This document shows, one piece after another, positions 52,512-61,501 of a stretch of DNA of 64,000 nucleotides; the first letter of the stretch is position 1; each line of letters begins with the position of its first letter. This DNA comes from Candidatus Undinarchaeota archaeon (GTDB taxonomy: Archaea > SpSt-1190 > JASMDC01). The notes under the pieces are model-generated. The model did no database searches. It was not told the DNA's origin and saw only the letters and a list, made by a program, of their open reading frames with translations. The DNA lies in contig CAZFHY010000002.1 in assembly GCA_964519305.1 (NCBI GenBank), positions 1 to 64,000 of the forward strand, read 5' to 3'. The position numbers and the translations under genes were made by a program.

Positions 52512-53197
52512 GGCTCGTCGCTTGTGGCCTCCTCTCCCTGGTCGTGCGTTCCGGTGGTGTGCTGGATACCAACGGCGCGTTCTTCGCCGGAGTGATGGGT
52601 TTCCTTGTATGGAGCACGCAGGGATTCCAGTGGGTAGTGGTAATGATCACATTCGTTCTCACCTCGACGCTCGCAACCAAGTACCGCTACGCGCGCAAGC
52701 GAAAGCTGTGGGTTGCCGAGGAGAAGGGTGGTACACGTCAGAGCCGCAACGTCATGGCCAATGGTTTGGCCCCCGTCCTAATCGCCGTGATGGGGCATGT
52801 GTACCAGGTACCTGACCTCCACCTGATATTCCTGGGCTCGGTAGCGGCGGCCATGGGCGACACGCTCGCCTCGGAGCTGGGGGTGCTGAGCACGAGCGAA
52901 CCCTACCTTGTCACCACGCTCCAAAGGGTCGAGCGTGGGACGGATGGCGGAGTATCCCTCTTGGGCGAGGCGGCGTGCCTTTTGGGCGGATTCATCATAG
53001 GCGCCGTGGGCGTGCTCATGGGCTTTCCCGAGCCTGGCAAGGTCATGGGCGTGGCCCTTCTCGGTGCCTTCGCCGGGTGCAATCTTGACAGCCTCCTTGG
53101 TGCCACTCTGGAACAGCGCGGTCTGGTCACCAATGAGATAGTGAACTTCCTTGCGACCCTTACCGGTGCATACACCGCCACGTTCTTCATGGTGTGA
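52484..53197 (+). CDS. DUF92 / TMEM19 family membrane protein
   Basis: R...NVMANG, DTLASELG, GTDGGVSLLGE, DSLLGATLE, NEIVN. Confidence 0.9.
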   Translation: MDLWVDPVLRLVACGLLSLVVRSGGVLDTNGAFFAGVMGFLVWSTQGFQWVVVMITFVLTSTLATKYRYARKRKLWVAEEKGGTRQSRNVMANGLAPVLIAVMGHVYQVPDLHLIFLGSVAAAMGDTLASELGVLSTSEPYLVTTLQRVERGTDGGVSLLGEAACLLGGFIIGAVGVLMGFPEPGKVMGVALLGAFAGCNLDSLLGATLEQRGLVTNEIVNFLATLTGAYTATFFMV

Positions 53198-53264
53198 TGG
53201 CTGGCCGCTGCGGGGAATACCTTTTTAAAACATGCCTCCCTTCCCGCTCCCGAGGATAGTCACA

Positions 53265-53531
53265 ATGGCGGACGAACTGGGCGACAGGAAGAGGTCCCGC
53301 GACCTGATAGGGAAAACAATTGTCAGCAAGACGGGGCGTAAGTTCGGGCGCGTGGGCGATATCCGGTTCGAGCCCCGGACAGGGGAGCTTATCGATATCA
53401 TCGTGGCCAATCCCAGCGATTACTCAAAATCAGTAATCGTCAGCGGCAAGGAGGGCATCATCAAGATACCCTTCTCGGCTGTAATCTCCATCGGCGACTT
53501 CGTCATCGTCTCCGAGGAAGATATCGTCTAG
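53265..53531 (+). CDS. PRC-barrel domain protein (CdpB-like)
   Basis: SRDLIGKTIVSKTGRKFGRVGDIRFEPRTGEL...IPFSAVISIGDFVIV. TTTTTAAA TATA and GAGG SD upstream. Confidence 0.88.
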   Translation: MADELGDRKRSRDLIGKTIVSKTGRKFGRVGDIRFEPRTGELIDIIVANPSDYSKSVIVSGKEGIIKIPFSAVISIGDFVIVSEEDIV

Positions 53532-53593
53532 AGACGCTGCAGGTTCTGGCGAGGACACCCAATCCTATCAGTGAGCGTGAGCTCTGAAGATCG

Positions 53594-53941
53594 CTATCCG
53601 GTGATGGTCTTTTCCACTTGCTCGAAGTGCTTACCGATGGATTCTAGTTCGTGCTTGAGCTCATGACGGTAGTTCTTGATGTCCTTATACCGTTCACGCT
53701 CCACTTTCTCGTAGATCTTGCTGAGAAGGGTTACCATGCGGAGGACGTCCTTGTGAACGTCGTCCATGTAGTATAGGAGGTCAAGGAGCTCCTTCTCGAG
53801 CTCATTGACGAGGACGGTGGATTTGATGATACGTTGCTTTCCCTGACCTATGTTTAGGCTCTCCAGCTCATCCTTAGCTTTAAGGAGCTCCATGCCTAGG
53901 TTCTTGGCCAGATCGACAACTGGCGCGGCCTTCTTCGCCAT
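53594..53941 (-). CDS. Hypothetical coiled-coil protein
   Basis: Heptad-rich, charged 115-aa ORF. TTTAAA ~25-30 nt upstream of ATG 53941. Confidence 0.65.
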   Translation of the reverse strand: MAKKAAPVVDLAKNLGMELLKAKDELESLNIGQGKQRIIKSTVLVNELEKELLDLLYYMDDVHKDVLRMVTLLSKIYEKVERERYKDIKNYRHELKHELESIGKHFEQVEKTITG

Positions 53942-54042
53942 GGTTGTGTATCGGTCGTTCATCCAATTTAAAGGCATGGAGTGGTGTGGTGTGGCCCCGG
54001 CCATCGCCGTTTTCTTAAGGTTTGCGCCCCTCTTGCCCTTCC

Positions 54043-54660
54043 ATGGAGGTCCCCGATGTTGCCGTTGAGGAGTACCGTTACATGCTCGACCGGGGCTACA
54101 ATCCCGTTTCAGCCTTACGGCTCGTCGGTGAGCGGCACCTGCTCCCGGCAGAGGCCTGCAACGTTCTCCGCCGCCGTGTGTTCCCTCAAGGATGGGTGGC
54201 GTCGGTCAAGGACAAGCTGCTCCTTCCGAACGACATCGAGGGTAAACAGGTCGCTGTGGACCTCTACAACGTGCTCATTACATGCGAGGCCCGGTCCGCT
54301 GGTGATGCGTTCCTGAGCGATGACGGATTGTGGCGGGACGCTCGTGGCGTGTACGGCAAGTACCGCATAAGCGACGACACGCTATCCGCCCTCACAAGCA
54401 TCGTGCGGTTCATGGTCGAGAACCGCGTGGCTCAGGTGCGGTTCCTACTGGACGCTCAAGTGAGCAAGAGCGGCGACCTTGCTTCCCGGATAAGGCAAGT
54501 ACTGGCCGGTGAAAGGCTCGCGGGCGAGGTCAAGGTATTAAAAGATGTGGATGCGAGCATGCGCCGCCTGGGACGCACTGATTGGGTGGTCGCTACCTCG
54601 GACACTGGTATTATCCAGTACGTGACCGCCGTTGTCGATGTCCCCGGAGGGATTCAGTAG
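54043..54660 (+). CDS. DUF434 domain protein (PIN-like)
   Basis: YMLDRGY....L.LVG.RH.L, DLYNVLIT, DDGLWRD, LDAQVSKSG, DVD, VATSD. Confidence 0.82.
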   Translation: MEVPDVAVEEYRYMLDRGYNPVSALRLVGERHLLPAEACNVLRRRVFPQGWVASVKDKLLLPNDIEGKQVAVDLYNVLITCEARSAGDAFLSDDGLWRDARGVYGKYRISDDTLSALTSIVRFMVENRVAQVRFLLDAQVSKSGDLASRIRQVLAGERLAGEVKVLKDVDASMRRLGRTDWVVATSDTGIIQYVTAVVDVPGGIQ

Positions 54661-55787
54661 TGAGGAACCTGTTCGACGGACCTGAGCGTGGTGTGTTCCG
54701 CGGAGACGACGGAGACCTTGTGCTCCTCCACGACTACTTGCCGGACGAGCTCCCACATAGGGAGAACGAGATGCACGTCGTGGCGGACTGTGTCAGCCCG
54801 CTCATCAGCGGAGGGCGTCCAGTCCATGTATTCCTTCATGGTGCCCCGGGGATCGGTAAGACAGCAGTGACAAAGACAGTGCTCACCCATATGGGCGACC
54901 AGACCACTTGTGTCAAAGCGCTCTATCTCAACTGCTGGAGCAAGAACACCAGGCATGGAGTGCTCGTTGAACTCCTCACAGCTCTAGGGGAGATAGTCCC
55001 CCGTCAGGGTCTTTCAACGGATGAGGTGTACGACCGGCTCCTTTACCGCCTGGACCGGAAGGCCGATGGTTACGTCATTGCTCTCGACGAGGTGGACCGG
55101 TTGGCAGGCAAGGAGGGTGACGTGCTCTACGATCTCCTCCGCTCCGAGGTGAACCTCGGTCTCATCCTCATCTCGAACGATCCCTACGCCTTCCGCAACT
55201 TCGATGCCCGGGTCCGGTCATCGCTCAGTTATGAAGAGGTGTCTTTCGCTGCCTACGGGTACGATGAACTGAAGGACATCCTGGGCGAACGCGCGCGCAT
55301 GGCCTTCCTCCCGGGTGCCTGCGATCCTGCTATCGTGGGCGTGGTCGCCCGGTTCACCGCTGATAGCGGGGGCGATGTTCGGCTTGGGTTGGACTGTCTG
55401 CTGAAGGCCGGGCGCGAGGCAGAGCGTGCGGGCTCCGCCCGTGTCGGCGCAGATCACGTGAAAGCCGTTCTGGGCAGAGTGCGGAGTGCTCGTCTCAAGC
55501 TGGACCTACAAGGGATCACTGACGAGGAACGTGCCATCCTGCGAACAGTGCTCACCCTCACCGAGCATGACACGTCACCCGTCACCACGGGAGCTGTGTT
55601 CGACGCCTATAAGGAGAACGGAGGTGTCGTCGCCGAGCGCACGTTCCGCAAGTACCTGGGGAACCTGGAGTCGCTGCGCATCCTATCCTCGCGTCTGAGC
55701 GGCAAAGGCCAGCGGGGCAACACCCGGCTCATCACCGTGCGCGCACCCAGTACCGAGCTCACAGCGCTCCTAGGCGAGATGTTCTGA
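54660..55787 (+). CDS. cdc6: Orc1/Cdc6 family replication initiator
   Basis: GTG 54660 overlaps the DUF434 stop, with GGAGG SD. YLPDELPHRENE, GAPGIGKT, LDEVD, RVRSSL, GDVR and a C-terminal wHTH ending GQRGNTR. Confidence 0.9.
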   Translation: MRNLFDGPERGVFRGDDGDLVLLHDYLPDELPHRENEMHVVADCVSPLISGGRPVHVFLHGAPGIGKTAVTKTVLTHMGDQTTCVKALYLNCWSKNTRHGVLVELLTALGEIVPRQGLSTDEVYDRLLYRLDRKADGYVIALDEVDRLAGKEGDVLYDLLRSEVNLGLILISNDPYAFRNFDARVRSSLSYEEVSFAAYGYDELKDILGERARMAFLPGACDPAIVGVVARFTADSGGDVRLGLDCLLKAGREAERAGSARVGADHVKAVLGRVRSARLKLDLQGITDEERAILRTVLTLTEHDTSPVTTGAVFDAYKENGGVVAERTFRKYLGNLESLRILSSRLSGKGQRGNTRLITVRAPSTELTALLGEMF

Positions 55788-55820
55788 TCTCGTTGTCGGA
55801 AAGATGTCATACCGGGAACT

Positions 55821-56651
55821 CTACTCGTCCTGCTCCAGATATCGTGCGGCCTTCTCATAGGAGTCGAGCCGTTCTTCCATGTTACCGGCGATCTCAAGCA
55901 CGACACGGCCCTCGTACCCTGAGTCCCTAATCGTGCGAACCACGCTCTCTACATCCATATCGGCGTTCCCGATCGGCTGGTGCTTGTCATGGTCTTCGAG
56001 CCAGGTGTCATAGAGATGGACGTGCTTCACGACATCGCCCAGCTCCTCCCACACGCGTGCATCCTCCTCGTAGTAGTCCGTACCGCGTGAGAAGCAGCTG
56101 ACGAAAAGATGGCCCACGTCGTAGGTGAGCCCTAGGCCGGTACGGTCCGCGATCTCGCGGAGCTCCTCGATGGTGGCGCCCACGTAGATGCGTCCTGTAT
56201 CCTGCTCGTTGTTGTCGATCATCTTGTACGGGAGGTTCTCGATGAGCACATCAACGTTGTGCTCGCTGGCGAACGCAGCGATCTGGTTGTAGGAGTCGAT
56301 TGTCCGCTCAAGGCCGTCCGCCCGGTCGTCCTCGTACACACCTATATGGGTAACTAGGGTCTCGGAGCCTATCTGCTCAGCGATGAGCACGGCCTTCTTA
56401 ATCTCGTCGATGCTGTACTGGCGAAGTGACTCATCGCTCGTGGCGAGGTCGACACCGTTCGAGTAGAGATGAGGTGCGTGAGCAGAGATATAGATGCCGT
56501 ACTGCTCCTTGAGCGCTATGAGCTCGTCGATCTTGTCCTCATAGTCGAAGGTCGCGATCTCGAAAGCGTGGACATCGTGGTCAACGATGTACCGTTCGAT
56601 AACCTCGGGGCCGTCCTCGACGTGGATTTCGAGCTCAGGTCCCCCGTACAT
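55821..56651 (-). CDS. Sugar phosphate isomerase/epimerase (xylose isomerase-like TIM barrel) family protein
   Basis: SAHAP, LVTHIG, IENL, YDVGH, HVHLYD...DKHQPIG, VLE. Confidence 0.85.
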   Translation of the reverse strand: MYGGPELEIHVEDGPEVIERYIVDHDVHAFEIATFDYEDKIDELIALKEQYGIYISAHAPHLYSNGVDLATSDESLRQYSIDEIKKAVLIAEQIGSETLVTHIGVYEDDRADGLERTIDSYNQIAAFASEHNVDVLIENLPYKMIDNNEQDTGRIYVGATIEELREIADRTGLGLTYDVGHLFVSCFSRGTDYYEEDARVWEELGDVVKHVHLYDTWLEDHDKHQPIGNADMDVESVVRTIRDSGYEGRVVLEIAGNMEERLDSYEKAARYLEQDE

Positions 56652-56717
56652 GTTGAAGATTGCAGCTGGACCTGAATATAAAACTTGTTTCTCTCCGGAC
56701 CGGAACGGCGATAATCT

Positions 56718-58097
56718 CTAGAGGTCGACCTTGTCGCCCATCGAGGGGATGGCACAAGTAAGGTCACACCCCTCGAGCCGCTCCTTGAACGCTACTGCCG
56801 ACCGCTCCTCGCCGTGGACGATGAACACTTTCCGTGGGGGTTTTGAGAAGCTGGACACCCAGTGTTCCAGATCCTCGTAGTCGGCGTGGGCGGAAAAACC
56901 CGCGATCTGCTCGATCTTGGCGTTGACGTCGAACTCGTACCCCATCATACGGATCGTCTCGGCACCGTTCAGGAGGTGATGGCCCAGAGTACCTTCGGCC
57001 TGGAACCCAACGAAGATCACAGCGTTGCGGGGATTTCCGATGCCGTGGCGGATGTGGTGACGGATCCGGCCGGCGGTGCACATCCCGCTCCCGGCGATGA
57101 TCACGCACGGTTCGTCGTACTCGTTCAGGCTCACAGAGTCGGCGGTGGCTTGGGTGAAAACGAGCCCCTTGAACTTGAAGGGCGTTTCGAACGCGTCCAT
57201 GTTCTTCGGGTCGAACCAGTCCGTGTGCTTCGAGAAGATCTTAGTGGCCTTGATCGCTAGAGGGCTGTCCAGGAATACGAGCATTTCGGGCATCTTAGCA
57301 TCGCGCAAGAGCTCGTTCATCCCGTACAGGATCTCCTGGGTGCGTTCCACTGCGAACGATGGGATCATCACCCGCCCTCCCCTATCGTATGTCTCACGGA
57401 ATATGCGGGCCATCGTACGGCGCCGGTCTTCGACGCCCTCGTGTAGCCGGTCGCCGTACGTCGACTCGATGATGAGGTAGTCGGTATCCTTGATGATGGT
57501 CGGATCGTTCACAAGCGGTGCGTTCCGCTGACCTAGGTCGCCTGAGAACACGAGCTTGACCACGCGTTCCCCCTCGGTAGCCCACAGCTCGATGATGGCC
57601 GAGCCGAGTATATGGCCGGCGTTCCTGAAGCGGGCCCGGACGTTCCGGGTCACTTGGATATCCTCATCGTACTCCACGGGCTTGAAGTGCTTCACTGCTG
57701 CAGTCGCGTCTTCCGATGAATAAAGGGGACGGCGGGGGGGCAGCTTCTGGCGCTGGCGGCGCCGGTTCTCGTGCTCGGTGTCCCGAGCGATGACATGGGC
57801 CGAGTCCGCGAACATGATCTGGCACAGGTCATGTGTGGGCTCTGTGCTCCAGATGGTGCCCTTGAAACCCTCCTTCACGAGCTTGGGGATGAGCCCTGAG
57901 TGGTCGATGTGGGCGTGGGTGAGGATGAGGGCGGTGATGCGGGAGGGATCGAAACCGAATCCCTCGTAGTTCTTGCGCGTGACCTCCTTCCGGCCCTGGA
58001 ACATCCCGCAATCGATGAGGATCTTATCCTTGCCGACCTCAAGCAGGTAGCATGAACCAGTGACGATTTTCGCAGCGCCGTGGAAGCTCAGTCGCAT
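56718..58097 (-). CDS. MBL-fold beta-CASP ribonuclease
   Basis: VTGSC, DCGMFQG, THAHIDHSG, AGHILGS, FSGDLG, ESTYG, AGSGM, FSAHAD, VHGE. Confidence 0.93.
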   Translation of the reverse strand: MRLSFHGAAKIVTGSCYLLEVGKDKILIDCGMFQGRKEVTRKNYEGFGFDPSRITALILTHAHIDHSGLIPKLVKEGFKGTIWSTEPTHDLCQIMFADSAHVIARDTEHENRRRQRQKLPPRRPLYSSEDATAAVKHFKPVEYDEDIQVTRNVRARFRNAGHILGSAIIELWATEGERVVKLVFSGDLGQRNAPLVNDPTIIKDTDYLIIESTYGDRLHEGVEDRRRTMARIFRETYDRGGRVMIPSFAVERTQEILYGMNELLRDAKMPEMLVFLDSPLAIKATKIFSKHTDWFDPKNMDAFETPFKFKGLVFTQATADSVSLNEYDEPCVIIAGSGMCTAGRIRHHIRHGIGNPRNAVIFVGFQAEGTLGHHLLNGAETIRMMGYEFDVNAKIEQIAGFSAHADYEDLEHWVSSFSKPPRKVFIVHGEERSAVAFKERLEGCDLTCAIPSMGDKVDL

Positions 58098-58124
58098 AGC
58101 GTTCCGGGGGAAGTGCATCCTTTA

Positions 58125-59528
58125 TTAAGGCTCTGTCGGCACCTTCTCCTTCTTTTCGCGCTCAGGAGGACATATCTTGTCACGGGGTCCACCGCCAAGC
58201 TCGCACCTGAGGCGGTGTATCGCATACAGCACGATCAGGAACCCCCCTGCATCGGCCAAGGGCATGGCCATCCACACTCCCGTAAGACCGAACCTCCCCG
58301 GTAGTAGAAGCAGAAGAGGAGGAAGAAAGATTACCTGGCGTACCGCTGTGAGTGCTAGTGCTGCGGACCCCTTACCCACCGCTTGGAAGACGATGATCCA
58401 AATGATCTGCACGAAAAGCACGGGAATGGACAACATGAGCACTTTGAATGCGGGAACTGCGATTGCGAGAAGCTCCTCGTCCTGGGATATCAGGGAAAGT
58501 GCCGGGCGCGCGAACACGAGTGTCCCTGTCATGGCCACCAATCCTACGACCAGACCTATGAGGGTGGTGGTCCTCACAGCCTCCCAGAGCCTGTCGTATC
58601 GCTCGGCACCGAAATTGAATCCTACGATGGGCATCAGTCCCTGGGCCAGACCGAACAATGGCATGAAGAACAGGCTCATGATACGAAAGTCCAGGCCGAA
58701 GGCAGCGATCGGGATATCTCCGAACTTCCCCAGGGTATGATTGAACAGAGTGATGACCATGCTCATCATCAACTGCATGATTGCAGCAGGGAAACCGACG
58801 GCGTAGACCTTCATCAGAACTGCAAGGTCGGGGACCGCCGATCCTCGGGTGAACACGTAGCTGGTGCGGGTGAAGAGGAAGAACAGCGACACCATGGCCC
58901 CCAGGGACTGGGAGATGGCAGTGGCGATAGCGGCCCCCTCGACACCTAGTGCGGGGAACGGGCCGATACCGAATATCAGGAGTGGATCCAGGATTATGTT
59001 CGTGATGGCGCCTGTGAGCATGACGAGCATGGGTTTGAGAGCGTCCCCCTGAGCCCGGAAGAGGTTGTTCGCCATCATGTTGAAGAAGAGGAATGGGGCG
59101 CCAAAACACACTAGGCGCAGGTACTTGGAAGCGATGGGCCGGAGGACGTCAGTGGCACCGAAGAGGGAGAGCACAGGTCCGGTAAGACCGCGGGCAACAA
59201 GGATGACAGCACACCCCAGAACGGCCGCCAGGAAGAACACCTGGGATGCTGCGTGGGATGCTGACTCGGGGTCCTTGGCACCGAACCGCCGGGATATGTA
59301 GGAGTTGAGTCCCACACCGGATCCAGCGCCCAGTCCCACGAAGATCATCTGGAGAGGGAACACGATGGTCAAGCCCCCTACAGCGAGAGCGCTCAGGCGA
59401 GCTATCCAGAAGGTGTCGACCACGTTGTAGAGCGACTGGACGAACATGGCCACGATGCTCGGCAAGCTCAATCGTAACAGAAGTGGTGTGATGGGCGCCG
59501 TCCCCAGCTCCTCGGTCGCCTCCCTCAC
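58125..59528 (-). CDS. MATE family efflux transporter
   Basis: YNVVDTFW, NIILDPLLIFG, GVEGAAIAT, GFNFGA; about 12 TMs. Confidence 0.93.
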   Translation of the reverse strand: MREATEELGTAPITPLLLRLSLPSIVAMFVQSLYNVVDTFWIARLSALAVGGLTIVFPLQMIFVGLGAGSGVGLNSYISRRFGAKDPESASHAASQVFFLAAVLGCAVILVARGLTGPVLSLFGATDVLRPIASKYLRLVCFGAPFLFFNMMANNLFRAQGDALKPMLVMLTGAITNIILDPLLIFGIGPFPALGVEGAAIATAISQSLGAMVSLFFLFTRTSYVFTRGSAVPDLAVLMKVYAVGFPAAIMQLMMSMVITLFNHTLGKFGDIPIAAFGLDFRIMSLFFMPLFGLAQGLMPIVGFNFGAERYDRLWEAVRTTTLIGLVVGLVAMTGTLVFARPALSLISQDEELLAIAVPAFKVLMLSIPVLFVQIIWIIVFQAVGKGSAALALTAVRQVIFLPPLLLLLPGRFGLTGVWMAMPLADAGGFLIVLYAIHRLRCELGGGPRDKICPPEREKKEKVPTEP

Positions 59529-59620
59529 TCAAAGGGCAGGTAAAGGGGCCTTGATAAACCTTTCCTAGCGATTACGGCCCGGCCGCACATTTTTTATTTG
59601 GATGGTGCCTATAGGACCTC

Positions 59621-60124
59621 ATGGTCGACGACCCTCTTGCCCGGGTAAAGGACATCTCTCATGTGGGTGATGCTGTAGCCATCGCCATCGACTTTGAGAA
59701 CATGACCCGTGCGTTCTACCAGGGATTGCAGGAGAGGGTTACGAACAAGCATCTGGTGGACCTTCTTGAGTTCCTCGCGTCAGAGGAGGTGGCCCATGCC
59801 GAGTACCTCAGGTCGTTCGGAAAGGCACCGGATTCGTCCGCAGTGCTCGATAATGCTCTGGTCGACTTCAAGCGTAAGGTAGAGGACGTGATGGTGAAGG
59901 TCAGCGGGGAGGTCGATCCAACGGCTGAGCAGATACAGCTGCTCCTCGGCGCCATGCGTGTTGAACGTCAGGCAGAGGATCTGTACAGAGGGCTGTCGCG
60001 TCGGTTCACCAGTGACACAGAGATAGCTGCGTTCTTCGATCTGCTGGCGGCATTCGAGCGCACTCATTATGATCTGCTCGACGGCATCATCGTCCAAGTG
60101 GACGACTTCCGGATGCAGAGCTGA
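59621..60124 (+). CDS. Ferritin-like (rubrerythrin family) protein
   Basis: Duplicated E...Y...(E)ExxH halves (LASEEVAH; AAFERTH). Confidence 0.8.
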   Translation: MVDDPLARVKDISHVGDAVAIAIDFENMTRAFYQGLQERVTNKHLVDLLEFLASEEVAHAEYLRSFGKAPDSSAVLDNALVDFKRKVEDVMVKVSGEVDPTAEQIQLLLGAMRVERQAEDLYRGLSRRFTSDTEIAAFFDLLAAFERTHYDLLDGIIVQVDDFRMQS

Positions 60125-60139
60125 ACGGTGGGGATTCAC

Positions 60140-60682
60140 ATGGTCAAGAAGAAGTCATCGAAGAAGGAAGATAACACGTTCTGCGACACTCACGCCTGCC
60201 GACCGTTGCAGCCGTTGGTCGTGAGCGAGAAGCTCGTCAGCGACCTCGTAGCGATCACTCAGATGGCCCCCTCCTGCTTTAGCAGGGAGGGTTGGCGGTT
60301 CGAGTTCGTGTACGGGGATAAGTCACTAGAGCTGTTGCGGGACGCGTTGGGTGAGGACCTCGTCTGGGCCCGTACCGCGTCCATGTTCGTGGCCGTGCTC
60401 GCATCCAAGCGGAAGGGGTGTGTCCCCGAGGAAGTATCGTGGCACTTCTTTGATGTCGGTATTGCTACCGGTTTCATGATCATGAGGGGGACGGACCTCG
60501 GAATCGTGCTCGAGCCGCTGACGGTTTTCGACCGGAAGAAGGTCCATGCTGCATTGAAGCTGGACAAGGATACAGAGGTAGTCACGTTGCTCGCCGCCGG
60601 ACGCTATCTGGCGGATCATGTGGACGAGCTCAAGCATCGTCTCAAGGAGCTCCGCGATGAGCGTGGCGACCTCCTGATGTGA
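60140..60682 (+). CDS. Nitroreductase family protein (degenerate motifs)
   Basis: MAPSCF...WRF, FDVGIA, DLGI, LLAAG. Confidence 0.7.
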   Translation: MVKKKSSKKEDNTFCDTHACRPLQPLVVSEKLVSDLVAITQMAPSCFSREGWRFEFVYGDKSLELLRDALGEDLVWARTASMFVAVLASKRKGCVPEEVSWHFFDVGIATGFMIMRGTDLGIVLEPLTVFDRKKVHAALKLDKDTEVVTLLAAGRYLADHVDELKHRLKELRDERGDLLM

Positions 60683-60781
60683 AATCCGCTCTGTGAAAGG
60701 AAACGTATATAACGGGCCCGGGGCGTCATCTCTGACATCCGCCGCGTCAGCGAATGCTGTCGCGGGGGCGGGGTGAACTGA

Positions 60782-61462
60782 CTGAGGAAGGTCGTAATCG
60801 TAGCGGATGTTGACAAGACGCTCACTGTGGAGAGCATGGAAGAGCCAATCCTCAACGACTTCGGCGTTCCCTCCGGCGAGTACTGGTCCAAGGTCAAGGA
60901 GAACGACCGGGAATCGCCCGACACCTTCACACTCAATTACGTCACCCCCCTCATCGAGGATGAGCGCATCGAACTCGATCGTGGGTATCTTCAGGAACTG
61001 GGGGGCCGGATCGAACTCTATGATGGTGTGGATGACTTCTTCTCACACATGCGTGAGTGGGGAGCCGAGCACGACATAGAGTTCTCTTTCTACTTGGTGT
61101 CCACCGGACTACAGGACGTCGCGGACAACCTTCCCTTCTCCGAGGAGATGGATGGTATCTACGGCACCCAATTAAGCTACAGCGCCAAGGACGAGCCTAC
61201 CGGTGTGACCTATGCTCTGGAACCCCGATCCAAACCCGAGTTCCTCGATCGTATCGCTAAGGACGAAGGCGTGGACATGAATGACGTCATCTACCTCGGT
61301 GACGGTGTTACTGACGGGTACGCGTTCGACCGGGTGAGCGATGGTGGAGGCTTGGGTATCTGCGTCATTTCAGACAAGGACCGCGATCTTGGTGATGTCC
61401 AGGTAAAGGCCGATTACGGCACGGACGTACCTGAGTACATCCAAGGCTACCTGCTCGGATGA
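60782..61462 (+). CDS. HAD-superfamily hydrolase, probable CTG start
   Basis: HAD motif I DVDKTL lies upstream of the ORF-track start, in frame back to CTG 60782 (preceded by TGA). GGGGTGA SD 5 nt upstream. Motifs VSTG, K, YLGDGVTD. Confidence 0.85.
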   Translation: MRKVVIVADVDKTLTVESMEEPILNDFGVPSGEYWSKVKENDRESPDTFTLNYVTPLIEDERIELDRGYLQELGGRIELYDGVDDFFSHMREWGAEHDIEFSFYLVSTGLQDVADNLPFSEEMDGIYGTQLSYSAKDEPTGVTYALEPRSKPEFLDRIAKDEGVDMNDVIYLGDGVTDGYAFDRVSDGGGLGICVISDKDRDLGDVQVKADYGTDVPEYIQGYLLG

Positions 61463-61478
61463 TGTCACATCCTCAGGA

Positions 61479-61494
61479 GTGAAACCAGTTTCAC
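61479..61494. terminator. Short inverted repeat between convergent genes
   Basis: GTGAAAC-CA-GTTTCAC in the 39-nt gap between the HAD and M14 stops. Confidence 0.3.
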
Positions 61495-61501
61495 AGGGGC
61501 G

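Noticed and set aside
54500-55900. Replication origin beside cdc6
   Set aside because: The flanks are coding or very short, with no ORB-like repeats or AT-rich unwinding element.
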